Source: a virus
Taxonomy: Duplodnaviria > Heunggongvirae > Uroviricota > Caudoviricetes
Length of the DNA: 64,000 nucleotides
Direction: 5' to 3' (one strand)
Virus record (IMG/VR): IMGVR_UViG_3300020048_006428
Span: 1 to 64,000 of that record
How positions within the stretch are numbered: the first letter of the stretch is position 1; each line of letters begins with the position of its first letter. Positions 39,220 to 49,738 of this stretch are shown piece after piece. Below the pieces are notes generated by a model. That model was not told where the DNA came from and did no database searches. It worked only from the letters and a program-made list of their open reading frames with translations. The position numbers and the translations under genes were made by a program.

Positions 39220-40074
39220 TTATTTTAAAAAATAATTATATTTTTCATATGTCATTATTATAGAACTTAAATTCATTATTACTTTCTTACTTTCTAATTT
39301 ATTTAGTTTATTATCATTTATTTTATTTACAATTAAAGCTGGTCTATATTCTTCAATATCTTCTTTAATTACATCCCTTAATCCATTTTCTGTTTTTGAA
39401 ACCATTACTTCCAAAATAGAATTTAATTCATCAATTACTTTTAATGTATCAAAATCATTATTGTAATAACTTATTTGATCATATCTTGTTATTTCTTCGT
39501 TTATAAATTTATCACCTTGTGATTTATAGCCAACTAAATGCTGAATTAATAATCTTATCTTTTTAAATCTTGTTTGATCTATATCTTGTGCATATAATGT
39601 TTCATTTATATAATAAAAATTTTTAATTAAAATACCATCTTCTTTTAATTTTTCTTTTAATTTTTCGATTATGGTTTCATAATTTCTTTTTGTTTGTTTT
39701 GAACATATAATATAAATATCTTCAACTTTATTTTTTAAGTCTAAAATTGTATTAAGATTTAATTCAAAATCCATTTCATCAATTATACTTTTATTGTAAA
39801 ATTCTTGTAATGATATAGCCAAATTACCAAAGTTAGCTTTATATGTTTTAGCTTTAATTTTAATTTTATTATATAAATCTGTTGGTAGCCAAAATGTCCT
39901 ACCATTAAACTCCATTTTATTATTTTGTTTTCTATAAATTCCATTTTCAATTAAATTGAAATCCGATTTGGATATTTTCATAATAGGTATAGTTGGATTG
40001 TCTTTATCAACAATCCAAGCCTTATTATTAATTTCTATTAAAGAATCTATATCAAAGAAATGTGCTTTATTCAT
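39220..40074 (-). CDS. Hypothetical protein, possible HAD-like fold
   Basis: HFFDIDSL at N-terminus; late motif upstream. Confidence 0.5.
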   Translation of the reverse strand: MNKAHFFDIDSLIEINNKAWIVDKDNPTIPIMKISKSDFNLIENGIYRKQNNKMEFNGRTFWLPTDLYNKIKIKAKTYKANFGNLAISLQEFYNKSIIDEMDFELNLNTILDLKNKVEDIYIICSKQTKRNYETIIEKLKEKLKEDGILIKNFYYINETLYAQDIDQTRFKKIRLLIQHLVGYKSQGDKFINEEITRYDQISYYNNDFDTLKVIDELNSILEVMVSKTENGLRDVIKEDIEEYRPALIVNKINDNKLNKLESKKVIMNLSSIIMTYEKYNYFLK

Positions 40075-40122
40075 ATTGTATATATTAAAAAAACCAACTA
40101 AATATTAGTTGGTTTTTAATTT

Positions 40123-40986
40123 TTATTTTATATCTGAAACTTTTGCGATTATTTCACTTTTTTTCTTTTTAATATCAGCTTTTCCATCATCAGTTTTTCC
40201 AAAACCATATTCATCACCATTTATTTCTTCAATAGACTTAACTGCTACTGTTTCGCTATCATCTTTTTTATCTTTAGCTATCTTTCTTTTTTCATCATCA
40301 CTTAGTTTATTCCAATCATCTTTAGTCTTATCTTTTCTAAGATAAATAACTTCATCCCCCACTTCATATTTAACTTCTTTCTTAGTAGTTAATACATTGT
40401 TTAATTTTGCTTGTAATTGTTTATTTGCTGTATCTCTTGCCTTAATAACTTGTGGTAATACAGATTTATCACCAGCATCTTCTAATGCCTTAATTTTTGC
40501 GTTTAAAACATCTAAATTAAATTGATCCTTTTTAGTATCTATTAATAATTTTAATTGTGGATTTTTTTCTTCACCGCCAAATTTAACTAATATTCTATCA
40601 AAATCTTTCATTGCCATTTTAAAATAAGTGTCTATTATTTGATCTATTAATTTCTTCTTTTCTTTTAATGTTTCCGCATCAATTTTAGTATCCCCATCTT
40701 CAATCTCATCAGCTTCAACTATTAAAGACTCTTTTAATGAAGATGATGCAAAAAGATTTAATTCTATATTAGCTTTCTTTTTAATTTCTTCTGCTATTTT
40801 CTTTTTCCATTCATTATATTTATTTTCTAATTCTTTAGCACCTTTTATACCAGCTAATTTAGACCACATATTTTTAAAAAACTTTCCGATTCCAAATATT
40901 TCTTCATTCATTGGCTCATAAGTGCGAGATTTGCACTTCCTTTCAGAAAAATATTTGAAATTTTCAAATGTTCTTATATATTTCAT
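40123..40986 (-). CDS. Putative internal virion protein with MKYIRTFENF leader
   Basis: Leader, MNEE and LIVE sites, late motif upstream. Confidence 0.6.
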   Translation of the reverse strand: MKYIRTFENFKYFSERKCKSRTYEPMNEEIFGIGKFFKNMWSKLAGIKGAKELENKYNEWKKKIAEEIKKKANIELNLFASSSLKESLIVEADEIEDGDTKIDAETLKEKKKLIDQIIDTYFKMAMKDFDRILVKFGGEEKNPQLKLLIDTKKDQFNLDVLNAKIKALEDAGDKSVLPQVIKARDTANKQLQAKLNNVLTTKKEVKYEVGDEVIYLRKDKTKDDWNKLSDDEKRKIAKDKKDDSETVAVKSIEEINGDEYGFGKTDDGKADIKKKKSEIIAKVSDIK

Positions 40987-41056
40987 ATTATTTTTTATTT
41001 TTATATATTAAATTATAAAAATAAAAAGCAGTCATTAAAAATGACTGCTTTTAAAA

Positions 41057-41509
41057 TTATCTAATAAAATCTTTACTAAGTGCAAATTCGTATAATGTAG
41101 GTAAATTTAAATATCTAATAAATCCATCTTTTATATCTTTATATGTTTTTGCTTTTTTAATAATTGACATAACCATATATCCAAATTCTTCCTGGTATTC
41201 ATATTCACAATTTGACCAAGATTTGCAATAATTATGTAAAGTTATCCATTCATAATCACCACCTGAAAGCCAATATAATGCCTTTCTTGGCTCTATATTT
41301 TCTATACCATCAGTTATATTCATTTTCCAAATAGAGTCTTCAGAATCCGAAGTTTTCATCATAATAGCTACTGCTTCTGCCAAATCTGTTGTAATAGAAT
41401 TACCGACTTCAAATAAATTCTCACCATTTGGTTGTCTGTTAATTTTAACAATATTATCTTCATTTAATAGTTTAATATTGTTTTGCTTGGTGTTACGTTT
41501 TTTTCCCAT
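41057..41509 (-). CDS. Hypothetical protein
   Basis: 150 aa ORF. Confidence 0.55.
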   Translation of the reverse strand: MGKKRNTKQNNIKLLNEDNIVKINRQPNGENLFEVGNSITTDLAEAVAIMMKTSDSEDSIWKMNITDGIENIEPRKALYWLSGGDYEWITLHNYCKSWSNCEYEYQEEFGYMVMSIIKKAKTYKDIKDGFIRYLNLPTLYEFALSKDFIR

Positions 41510-41539
41510 ACGAAGAATAATTAATTTTTTTCAATCTTT

Positions 41540-41824
41540 TTAAATAAGATTTAAACCACTCACAAATTTTCCATGAAATTGACCACCTTCCAAAATGCCA
41601 TTTTCAAAAGTGCCATGGAATTTACCACCTTTAAATATACCATAATGCCAATTACCTAAGTAATAACCATCATACCAAATTAAAGTATTATTCTTTATTT
41701 CTATTTTAGCATCCTCAATTTCTGATTCGAGAAACCAGAACATTTTTTCTTTTTCTAAGATTGCATTTATTTTATTGTTATTAGTAATAATATCACCATT
41801 ATATTTAAGTTCCAAAAATCTCAT
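41540..41824 (-). CDS. Gly-rich pentapeptide-like repeat protein
   Basis: GNWHYGIFKGGKFHGTFENGILEGGQFHGKF. Confidence 0.55.
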   Translation of the reverse strand: MRFLELKYNGDIITNNNKINAILEKEKMFWFLESEIEDAKIEIKNNTLIWYDGYYLGNWHYGIFKGGKFHGTFENGILEGGQFHGKFVSGLNLI

Positions 41825-41969
41825 AATTTAAAAATATTTTTCTTATTCATTATATATTTTTTAAATTATACCACTTATATAAAGATTATTTATTTTCTGG
41901 AAATTTTAAAATAAAAAAATAAAAAACCCACCAAATTTATTTGGTGGGTTTTTAAAAAAACTTTTTAGG

Positions 41970-42338
41970 TTATTTTTTAGATTCTGCTTCAAGAAATTCC
42001 TTTTCCTTTTTGTTTAAAGAATTAACACCTTTTTTAGATATTTTTTCAAGGATTATATCAATATCAAGGATAGCATCAACTTCAATTTCTTTTTCGCTGT
42101 TCATTAAGAATGAACTAAACTCATCCAACAAAACAATATTGGATTCAAATTTAGGAACATATGCAAATATATTCAATGTTTTACTATCAAAAAATAGAAT
42201 ATCCGCAGTCTTTTTCATTTCAATTGTTTTCTTAACTGACATATTTGATGGAAAATTCAATGCATCAAATCGTTCTTGAAGTTGTTTAGATGTTTTATAT
42301 AGTCTAAGATCAATTTTAATAATATTAAATGAGTACAT
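41970..42338 (-). CDS. Hypothetical protein with DUF6576-like C-terminus
   Basis: IDIILEKISKKGVNSLNKKEKEFL; TATATTTG box at 42364-42371. Confidence 0.55.
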   Translation of the reverse strand: MYSFNIIKIDLRLYKTSKQLQERFDALNFPSNMSVKKTIEMKKTADILFFDSKTLNIFAYVPKFESNIVLLDEFSSFLMNSEKEIEVDAILDIDIILEKISKKGVNSLNKKEKEFLEAESKK

Positions 42339-42435
42339 AATGATATAAATTTTTATTTGTTCACAAATATAATAAATACTTTTTATATAGTAAAATTTTA
42401 ATATATATATTTAATAAAAAAAATATTTAAAAAAT

Positions 42436-45108
42436 ATGAAATATATAAAAAGTATAAGTGAGTTCAAATCATATAACGAATCAAATATAAGAAAAGTTCC
42501 ATATAGTAGGGAAATAAAAGTTTATGAAAATGCATTTGAAAATGATATTACTTGGGGTGGGTCTTTATTAGGTAGATTAATAAATTCCACAATTAGATAT
42601 AGCACAGCACAATATAAATCAACAAAAATAAAAGGAATAGTTGCTAAAGTTCAAACATGTTTGGATACATTAGTTGCTAATGTTGCGTTAGATGAAGATA
42701 GTAACAATTCTATTGATAAATTAAAAGTTAAAATGCTTTTAAAAGAAATATATGCTGTTGTTTCAAGTGATTCTGAATTGGATGAAAAATTAACAACATT
42801 ATTGGGTGATAAGACACAAGGGTCAGGTCTTATAGATACAACTATATCATACATAGAAAGTATTGATATTGATAAAAAAGATATATTGATAAAGAAGTTA
42901 GAAGATTTTAAGAAAGCCTTGATGGATATAGACTATAATATAAAAGATGATGATGAAGATGATGAAGATACCAATGATGTTGACCAATCTAATCCAGAAT
43001 TTAAGTTTTTCACTACAAATATAAATCTATTTAAATCAATAATAGGTCTTAATAATGTAATTAAAAATAGAAGAATAAAAATAGAAGGTGAACAAGATAT
43101 TGATAGTGGATATACAACTGCTGACACTTCTGTTGATGATTTTAATGCTTATAATAGAAACCAAAGAAATATTAATAAGAATAAAAAAGTTGATAATAAA
43201 CAGACAACTACAACTAAACCAATTACAACAACCCAAACAAAGAAGCCACCATTTAAGATAACATCAATTGGTAGTAAGGAAGAAGTGGAAGAAGTCAAAG
43301 CTAATGAAAATGTTGAAACCCTAAGAAGTAAAGAAAAACATGCAATAGCTGCTTGGAAAAAAATAATTAAGATATGTAAAGATATTAAAATTGATGATTT
43401 ATCAAAGAAATTAGAAGAAATTATAAATCAAAGTAAATCAGGTGAAAAATTAAATAAAACTGTAGTAATTGCTATTGGTAAGAATATAATATTAAATGAA
43501 GCAACAACTGGTAAACCAATCGGTTATCAAGAATTAATAAAAGAAGAAATGGGTAATATCCCTTCACAATATTCTGATTTACCAAAAAGAATTTCATTTT
43601 TATCTAAAATTTTATTATCATTCAAAGATGATATGGGTTTAATTGGATCACTTGGGGAAGCTATTCAACATATTAAAAATTATATAAAATCATATAACGA
43701 ATTAAAAAATATCTACCCTAAACTTTCTAATAAAAAGTTAGAAAAATTTAATGATTTTAATTTTAAGAAGAATTTAGAAAAATTTAATGATTTTAATTTT
43801 TTAAATGAAAAATTTGATATAAATGATGATTCAACCTATGATAAAGTTCAAGTGGCTTGGTTTAAATTTTTTAATAAAGGTGAAGAAAATTCTTGGAAAT
43901 TAACCAATGAAGATTCTGAATTGAGAGATAAAGTGGAAAATATAGGTGATAAAGAAATACCATTTGATTCCGAATCACATGTAGATAAAATAATGGAAAT
44001 AGTTAATCTATTTGGAAAAGCATATCGATTATATGCTAATAGTAGTATTCCATCTGGTAGACCTGGTGGTAGAGTATCACAAAAAACTTTTAGAGCATAT
44101 ATTTATATTGGAGAACTATCTAGTGGTAGAGGTGGTGATTGGGAAAATGGTGTTGCAAGTGGTGGACCATGGGCATATAAGATAACATTTGAAAAATGGG
44201 AAGATGGTATTACTAAAATATTAGAAGATCCAAAATATAGAAAAGTATTAGCAAACATCAAATTTAAAAATACTGGACCTAATCAAGATCAAGGTTCTGG
44301 TGTTACTGGTAAAGATGGTGGTTATGGTAGTGATGGTGGATCACCAAACAGAAAAATTGTATCCGGTAGATCATTATTTGACTTCATAAATGAAATGATA
44401 AATCCAGAAGGTGGTTTTGCTAAATCAAGACAAAAAATAATGAAAGAATATTTTGGTGGGGTTGATAAACTTACATCAGCAGAAGAAGAAGCAAGAAAAA
44501 AAGAAGAAAGAGAAAGTAAAGAAAATTTACAAGAACCAAAAACTAAAGAAGTTGGTGATAAAAAAGTAATATCATTTGTTAGTGCTGATCGAAATGGATT
44601 ATATAAAGTAGATAATATATCTAAACTAATTGGTAATTTTATTAAAATTAAATATAAAGATAATCATATTATAGCATATGTGATTGGGAAAAAAGAAATT
44701 AATAAAATTGAACATTTGTTAATTAAATTTAATTTTTCTAGTTCCGGTGAAAAACAAAATTTAATATCTAAATATCTATCTAATGATTTAAAAGACAAAT
44801 ATAAAATAACTGAAGAAAGTAAAATAATCGAGGAAAACACTCCATTATATTTTGGTGTTATTCCAGTTTCACAAAAAATATTAAAAAATAAAGATTTGAA
44901 ATTTAAATATGGTAAAGTAACCAATAATAATTTAATAAGTGAGATAAAACTGTTAGATATTAAAAAAATAGAAGAAATTACATTTTTAGCACATTGTCCA
45001 GACCAAGATAAAGTAATATGGAAATTAGTTGAAGTTAAAACCCCACAAAGTAGACTACAATATGACATATCAGATATAGATAAAATAGACTTAACAAAAT
45101 TAATATGA
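42436..45108 (+). CDS. Large putative internal virion protein
   Basis: 890 aa; leader MKYIKSISEFKSYNES; duplicated internal LEKFNDFNF..NE. Confidence 0.6.
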   Translation: MKYIKSISEFKSYNESNIRKVPYSREIKVYENAFENDITWGGSLLGRLINSTIRYSTAQYKSTKIKGIVAKVQTCLDTLVANVALDEDSNNSIDKLKVKMLLKEIYAVVSSDSELDEKLTTLLGDKTQGSGLIDTTISYIESIDIDKKDILIKKLEDFKKALMDIDYNIKDDDEDDEDTNDVDQSNPEFKFFTTNINLFKSIIGLNNVIKNRRIKIEGEQDIDSGYTTADTSVDDFNAYNRNQRNINKNKKVDNKQTTTTKPITTTQTKKPPFKITSIGSKEEVEEVKANENVETLRSKEKHAIAAWKKIIKICKDIKIDDLSKKLEEIINQSKSGEKLNKTVVIAIGKNIILNEATTGKPIGYQELIKEEMGNIPSQYSDLPKRISFLSKILLSFKDDMGLIGSLGEAIQHIKNYIKSYNELKNIYPKLSNKKLEKFNDFNFKKNLEKFNDFNFLNEKFDINDDSTYDKVQVAWFKFFNKGEENSWKLTNEDSELRDKVENIGDKEIPFDSESHVDKIMEIVNLFGKAYRLYANSSIPSGRPGGRVSQKTFRAYIYIGELSSGRGGDWENGVASGGPWAYKITFEKWEDGITKILEDPKYRKVLANIKFKNTGPNQDQGSGVTGKDGGYGSDGGSPNRKIVSGRSLFDFINEMINPEGGFAKSRQKIMKEYFGGVDKLTSAEEEARKKEERESKENLQEPKTKEVGDKKVISFVSADRNGLYKVDNISKLIGNFIKIKYKDNHIIAYVIGKKEINKIEHLLIKFNFSSSGEKQNLISKYLSNDLKDKYKITEESKIIEENTPLYFGVIPVSQKILKNKDLKFKYGKVTNNNLISEIKLLDIKKIEEITFLAHCPDQDKVIWKLVEVKTPQSRLQYDISDIDKIDLTKLI

Positions 45109-45722
45109 AAATTAAAAAATATTTAGATTTTATTGCAGAAAAGTTTCAGGCGGATCAATCCGATCCACCTGAAATGGCATCTGATATGAACACATATAAT
45201 AGTTTAGAAAAATCAATTTCAGATTTCAATCAAAAAAAAGTTGAATTAAGTAATATTTATATGACTTATAAAGATGAAGCTGATTTAATTAACAAATTAT
45301 CAGCTCGTGGGCATATTGAAAAGAAAACAAATAATAAAAAACAAATTAAATTTAATAATCCTGTTTTAGCCTTATGGTCACAATCTTGTGAATTAAGAAG
45401 AAAGATTAAAGATTTAGAAGATGGTATTAAGAATGAAGAAGAAGGTATTAAAAGTGAACAAACTAATATTACAAACAATCAAGGAAATCAAACTATCCAA
45501 GATTCATCAACTTCTAAAATAGACCAATCTAAAGCTAATGTATTAAATAAAAAAAATGAAGTTACTAAATTAAGAAAAGAAATAATGGATATTGAAAAAA
45601 AGGTTAATGATAAGCTAAAACAAATGAAAAATGATTTAAATATATCTAAAAAAAGAATAGACTATTATAAAATTAATAAAAGGTCAGCTTCAACCACACA
45701 AACTGATATAACAAATCAATAA
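45105..45722 (+). CDS. Coiled-coil protein with T4-CTS-like start MKIKKYLDFIAE
   Basis: ORF directly upstream of the sheath gene. Confidence 0.6.
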   Translation: MKIKKYLDFIAEKFQADQSDPPEMASDMNTYNSLEKSISDFNQKKVELSNIYMTYKDEADLINKLSARGHIEKKTNNKKQIKFNNPVLALWSQSCELRRKIKDLEDGIKNEEEGIKSEQTNITNNQGNQTIQDSSTSKIDQSKANVLNKKNEVTKLRKEIMDIEKKVNDKLKQMKNDLNISKKRIDYYKINKRSASTTQTDITNQ

Positions 45723-45784
45723 AATGTAAAAAATACATATTTTACATTTTATATATACATTAAATAAAAATTAATGAAATAAAT

Positions 45785-48700
45785 ATGGCAATTCAAATTG
45801 GCAAATACAAAAGACCGGGTATCTTTATAGAAGAATTTGATAATTCTGTTATAGTCAGTCCTACTGTCACAGGAACTACTACTTTTGTTTCTGGTTTTTC
45901 CAAAAAAGGACCAGTTAATACACCTGTATTACTACAAACAGTTAATGACCTTGAAAGAATATTTGGTCCACTTGATAGAAATCTTGAAAGAAAAGGTTCT
46001 TTTTTCCATAGAACAGTAGCTAAATTATTGGAATCTAATCCAGTTTATGCTATGAATCTCTTAATGACATCAGATACATTAGATACATTAGAATACAAAT
46101 CATTATCTACTTCATCTGATAAAGTAAATGATATTATAAGAAATGGTGCTTATAGAAGATTCTTTGATACATCATCTTTTTGGAAAAAAGATACAGATTC
46201 ATTCATTACCTTAACAAGTAACGATTCAGGTGAAGAAGATAGACTTTTATCATTCACTAATATGTCTGATAAATATATATCAGTTTTTATATTTAAAACA
46301 AAATTAACTGGATATAATAGACAATTATTGGAATATTATGGTTCAGCAGATAAAGTACCAACTTATACTAATCAACAAGATTATGCTTCTGATTATATGG
46401 TTGATGTAATCGTAGTCGCTGGTGATTGGTCTAATTATTCACAATTATCAGTTGATAGTAAGTGGTCACAATACTTTACAACAGAAGGTCTTGATAAGAC
46501 TAAAATTAATGATTTCGCTAATGATAGAAATGTAAATCTATTAGCATATTATGAAGGTCTTTCAATGATTCCTTATTTTAGAGATAATAATGGTAGAAAT
46601 ATCTTTATTGAAACTATTATAAATAATGATACTGATAGAACCGGTTTATTCTGTGCTTTTAATTTGGATAAATTTGAAAAAGATTATTCAACTGGAATGG
46701 TTGATCTAATTGGTAATAATTTAGCAATTGCTGATGGTATAGTTAATAATGGACAAACAACAATTGATTTCTTATCTTATAATGCAACATTGGTTGAATT
46801 ATTAGACTATACTGCTACACCATTAGATATAGCAGGTGGTTCTGATGGTCAAAATGTAGTTGCTTTTGGTCCATCTATATCTAATTTAAGACCGGGCTCT
46901 TGGGGTGGAACTAATAGAACTGCTAATTTTTCAGAAGAATTAATTGCTGGTATTGACTATCACCTTGCATCTGAAACAGTTGCAACAATGTCTTTAGTAT
47001 TTGGATATTTACTATCACCCGTTTCAATAGCAACTGGCTTAACATCAAATTCTTATGTTGTTACAAGTGGAAGTAAATTATTGGTTAATTCTGGAACAGC
47101 AGGAACATTTACATTCTCAATAGCACCATCTAATTATACTTTATCAAGTAATACAGCAAGTTATACATCAGTAACTTATATTGATGCAACAACAGGTGAA
47201 TTAAAATTAGCTAGTTCAACAACAAATGATACTGCACCAACAATTGGAACAAATGATTTAGTATTAAATAGCTTTAGTTTTAGTGTTGTTAATCAAACTT
47301 TTGTAACTGCATCATTTACAGTAAATGATATTGGTGTAACCGCTTCTGGATTTAAAGAATTAGCTGTAACAACTGATTATACAGTAACAACTTTGAGTTC
47401 AACTAAAATAAAAGTTACTTTTGAACAGACAGCACAAAATGATACTGTTAGTGACTATGAAACACATAGAAAAATAAGATTGTTTAACTTCTTATTGACA
47501 ATATTGGATTCAGCTAATATTATAAAAGTTACTATGTTGAAAGATATGACAACTAAAGAAAAGATATCATTAGCAAATGCTACTTTATCTAATGTTGTTT
47601 TATCAACAACTTCTAATAAATCATTTGATTTAGATTTTGGAACTACTGTCCCCGCTGATATCTTAGCTGGTAACTTAGTATTCTACAAATTGGATAATGA
47701 ATTGACATTAGGTTCAGTTGGATTGGAAACAAAAACAACTGTTGGTTCAGCAACTGGTTATGGTGTAGCTGCAAAATATTCAGATTTATATACAAATTTT
47801 GTTGATGGTCAAATTAACACAGGTGATTATTTCCATTTAAATTTAATTGATCCAGATCCAATTAGAGTTGTATTCCAAAATGAAGGAACTTATAGCTATG
47901 TCGCATTCAGTGCTACACCAGGATGGTCTGTATTAGGAACCGAACAGATTTTTATTCCTAATTCTACTTTAAATGCAGTGGCTATTACATTAGATGGTAA
48001 TACAAATTATGCTCATTTATTAACTGATCCAGCAAATGGTGCTACATCTGGTGTTACATATTCTGTTGGATATGAAGCTTATAGAGTAACAACTGATGTA
48101 ACAAATGAAGATTTATCTAATGTTACTATGGTTTGGGATTATACAACTAAAGCATATCTTAAAATGTATTTAAATTCATCTGATAATTTAACAGTTCAAT
48201 TTACTGATAGCTTATTACAAACATCAGAACCGATTGATGCTATAAAAGATGCATCTTTTGAAGTGTTTACTAATAAAACCAACTATAAACAAACAATTGA
48301 AATTGAAGAACCAACTGGTTATACAGCATCTGTTAATAAAATATTAGTAAAAGGTTCAAGATATACTGAAATAAAAGTAGGTGATTTCTTAGAAGCTTAT
48401 GTTGATCCAAGTATAGCAATAGAACCTGATCAAATGACTAGAAATTTAACTAGAATTTTAACCAAAAGATTATATGCAGCAGATACTACTTTAGTTGAAA
48501 TCACATGTGATGCAGCAATTGAAAAATATGCAATTGGAACTGATTTACAAACAATGAGATATACAACAATTGAAGATTATGTAACAACATATAAAGCAAT
48601 TACATTAAAAGGATTTAGAGTTAGAGAAGCTTCTATGCCTGATGGTACAGAAACAAGACAAAATGCAATATTAAATTTGGTTGCTAAAGGAACACAATTA

Positions 48701-49636
48701 TTCAAAGCAATTACAAATAAAGAAACTATTGATTTTAGATATGTTATTGACTCATTTGGTTTAGGTTTAGCTGAACGTTCTAAACAACAATTAGTTGATA
48801 TATCTGGACAAAGATTAGATTGTTTTGGATTTATAAATATGCCATCAATGAAATCGTTCAAAAATTCAACTTCACCTAGTTTTGTTGATGGGGAAGGTGT
48901 TTTACAAACTGCATATATTGCAGTTGGTGGTAATCCAGAATCTAGTCCTGCTTTCTTATATTCATTTGGTGATGGTAGAGGTGTTAGCACAGTTGGCTAT
49001 TTCACCCCATACGTAACAGTAAATGATAATGGTAGACCAGCAGAAGTTCCACCAGCTATGTATGTTGCTAATACATATTTAAGAAAATTAAATAGTAATA
49101 ATACTTCAGTTCTTCCATGGACAGTAGCAGCAGGTGTAATAAATGGTAGAGTTACGAATATTGCAGGCACTGAAATGAACTTCACAGAAGTAGATATTGA
49201 AAACCTAAATACAGCTCAAATGAATCCTATTGTATTCAAACGTAATAGAGGTTATGTAATTGAAACTGAAAATACTGCACAAACACTTTATAAGTCAGCT
49301 TTATCTTACATACACGTTAGAGAAGTATTAATTGAACTTGAAAGAGAACTTTCTGCAATGTTATTGGAATTCCAATGGAAATTTAATACACCAGATGTTA
49401 GATCTGAAATTAAACTTAGAGCTGACGTTATTTGCGAAAAATATGTAAATAAAAATGGTCTTTATAACTACTTTAATAAATGTGATGAAGAAAATAATAC
49501 TTCCGAAATTATAGATAATCAGATTGGTGTGCTTGATACTTATGTTGAACCGATAAAAGCGATGTCTGTAATCGTAAACAACATAACAATCCTAAGAACT
49601 GGTGCGATTCAATCAGGTGGATTTTTAACTCAATAA
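45785..49636 (+). CDS. Contractile tail sheath protein (gp18-like)
   Basis: RPGIFIEEFD, GFSKKGPVNTP, PWTVAAG..NG, LSYIHVREVL, FNTPDVR, CDEENNTSEIID, YVEP. Confidence 0.92.
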   Translation: MAIQIGKYKRPGIFIEEFDNSVIVSPTVTGTTTFVSGFSKKGPVNTPVLLQTVNDLERIFGPLDRNLERKGSFFHRTVAKLLESNPVYAMNLLMTSDTLDTLEYKSLSTSSDKVNDIIRNGAYRRFFDTSSFWKKDTDSFITLTSNDSGEEDRLLSFTNMSDKYISVFIFKTKLTGYNRQLLEYYGSADKVPTYTNQQDYASDYMVDVIVVAGDWSNYSQLSVDSKWSQYFTTEGLDKTKINDFANDRNVNLLAYYEGLSMIPYFRDNNGRNIFIETIINNDTDRTGLFCAFNLDKFEKDYSTGMVDLIGNNLAIADGIVNNGQTTIDFLSYNATLVELLDYTATPLDIAGGSDGQNVVAFGPSISNLRPGSWGGTNRTANFSEELIAGIDYHLASETVATMSLVFGYLLSPVSIATGLTSNSYVVTSGSKLLVNSGTAGTFTFSIAPSNYTLSSNTASYTSVTYIDATTGELKLASSTTNDTAPTIGTNDLVLNSFSFSVVNQTFVTASFTVNDIGVTASGFKELAVTTDYTVTTLSSTKIKVTFEQTAQNDTVSDYETHRKIRLFNFLLTILDSANIIKVTMLKDMTTKEKISLANATLSNVVLSTTSNKSFDLDFGTTVPADILAGNLVFYKLDNELTLGSVGLETKTTVGSATGYGVAAKYSDLYTNFVDGQINTGDYFHLNLIDPDPIRVVFQNEGTYSYVAFSATPGWSVLGTEQIFIPNSTLNAVAITLDGNTNYAHLLTDPANGATSGVTYSVGYEAYRVTTDVTNEDLSNVTMVWDYTTKAYLKMYLNSSDNLTVQFTDSLLQTSEPIDAIKDASFEVFTNKTNYKQTIEIEEPTGYTASVNKILVKGSRYTEIKVGDFLEAYVDPSIAIEPDQMTRNLTRILTKRLYAADTTLVEITCDAAIEKYAIGTDLQTMRYTTIEDYVTTYKAITLKGFRVREASMPDGTETRQNAILNLVAKGTQLFKAITNKETIDFRYVIDSFGLGLAERSKQQLVDISGQRLDCFGFINMPSMKSFKNSTSPSFVDGEGVLQTAYIAVGGNPESSPAFLYSFGDGRGVSTVGYFTPYVTVNDNGRPAEVPPAMYVANTYLRKLNSNNTSVLPWTVAAGVINGRVTNIAGTEMNFTEVDIENLNTAQMNPIVFKRNRGYVIETENTAQTLYKSALSYIHVREVLIELERELSAMLLEFQWKFNTPDVRSEIKLRADVICEKYVNKNGLYNYFNKCDEENNTSEIIDNQIGVLDTYVEPIKAMSVIVNNITILRTGAIQSGGFLTQ

Positions 49637-49738
49637 GATATTTAAAAATAAAAAAGTCATATATAGAAATATATATGACTTTTTTTTATTAAACATAAAT
49701 AGGTATATTAGATATATATGTAAAAGCGCAATGTCAAA

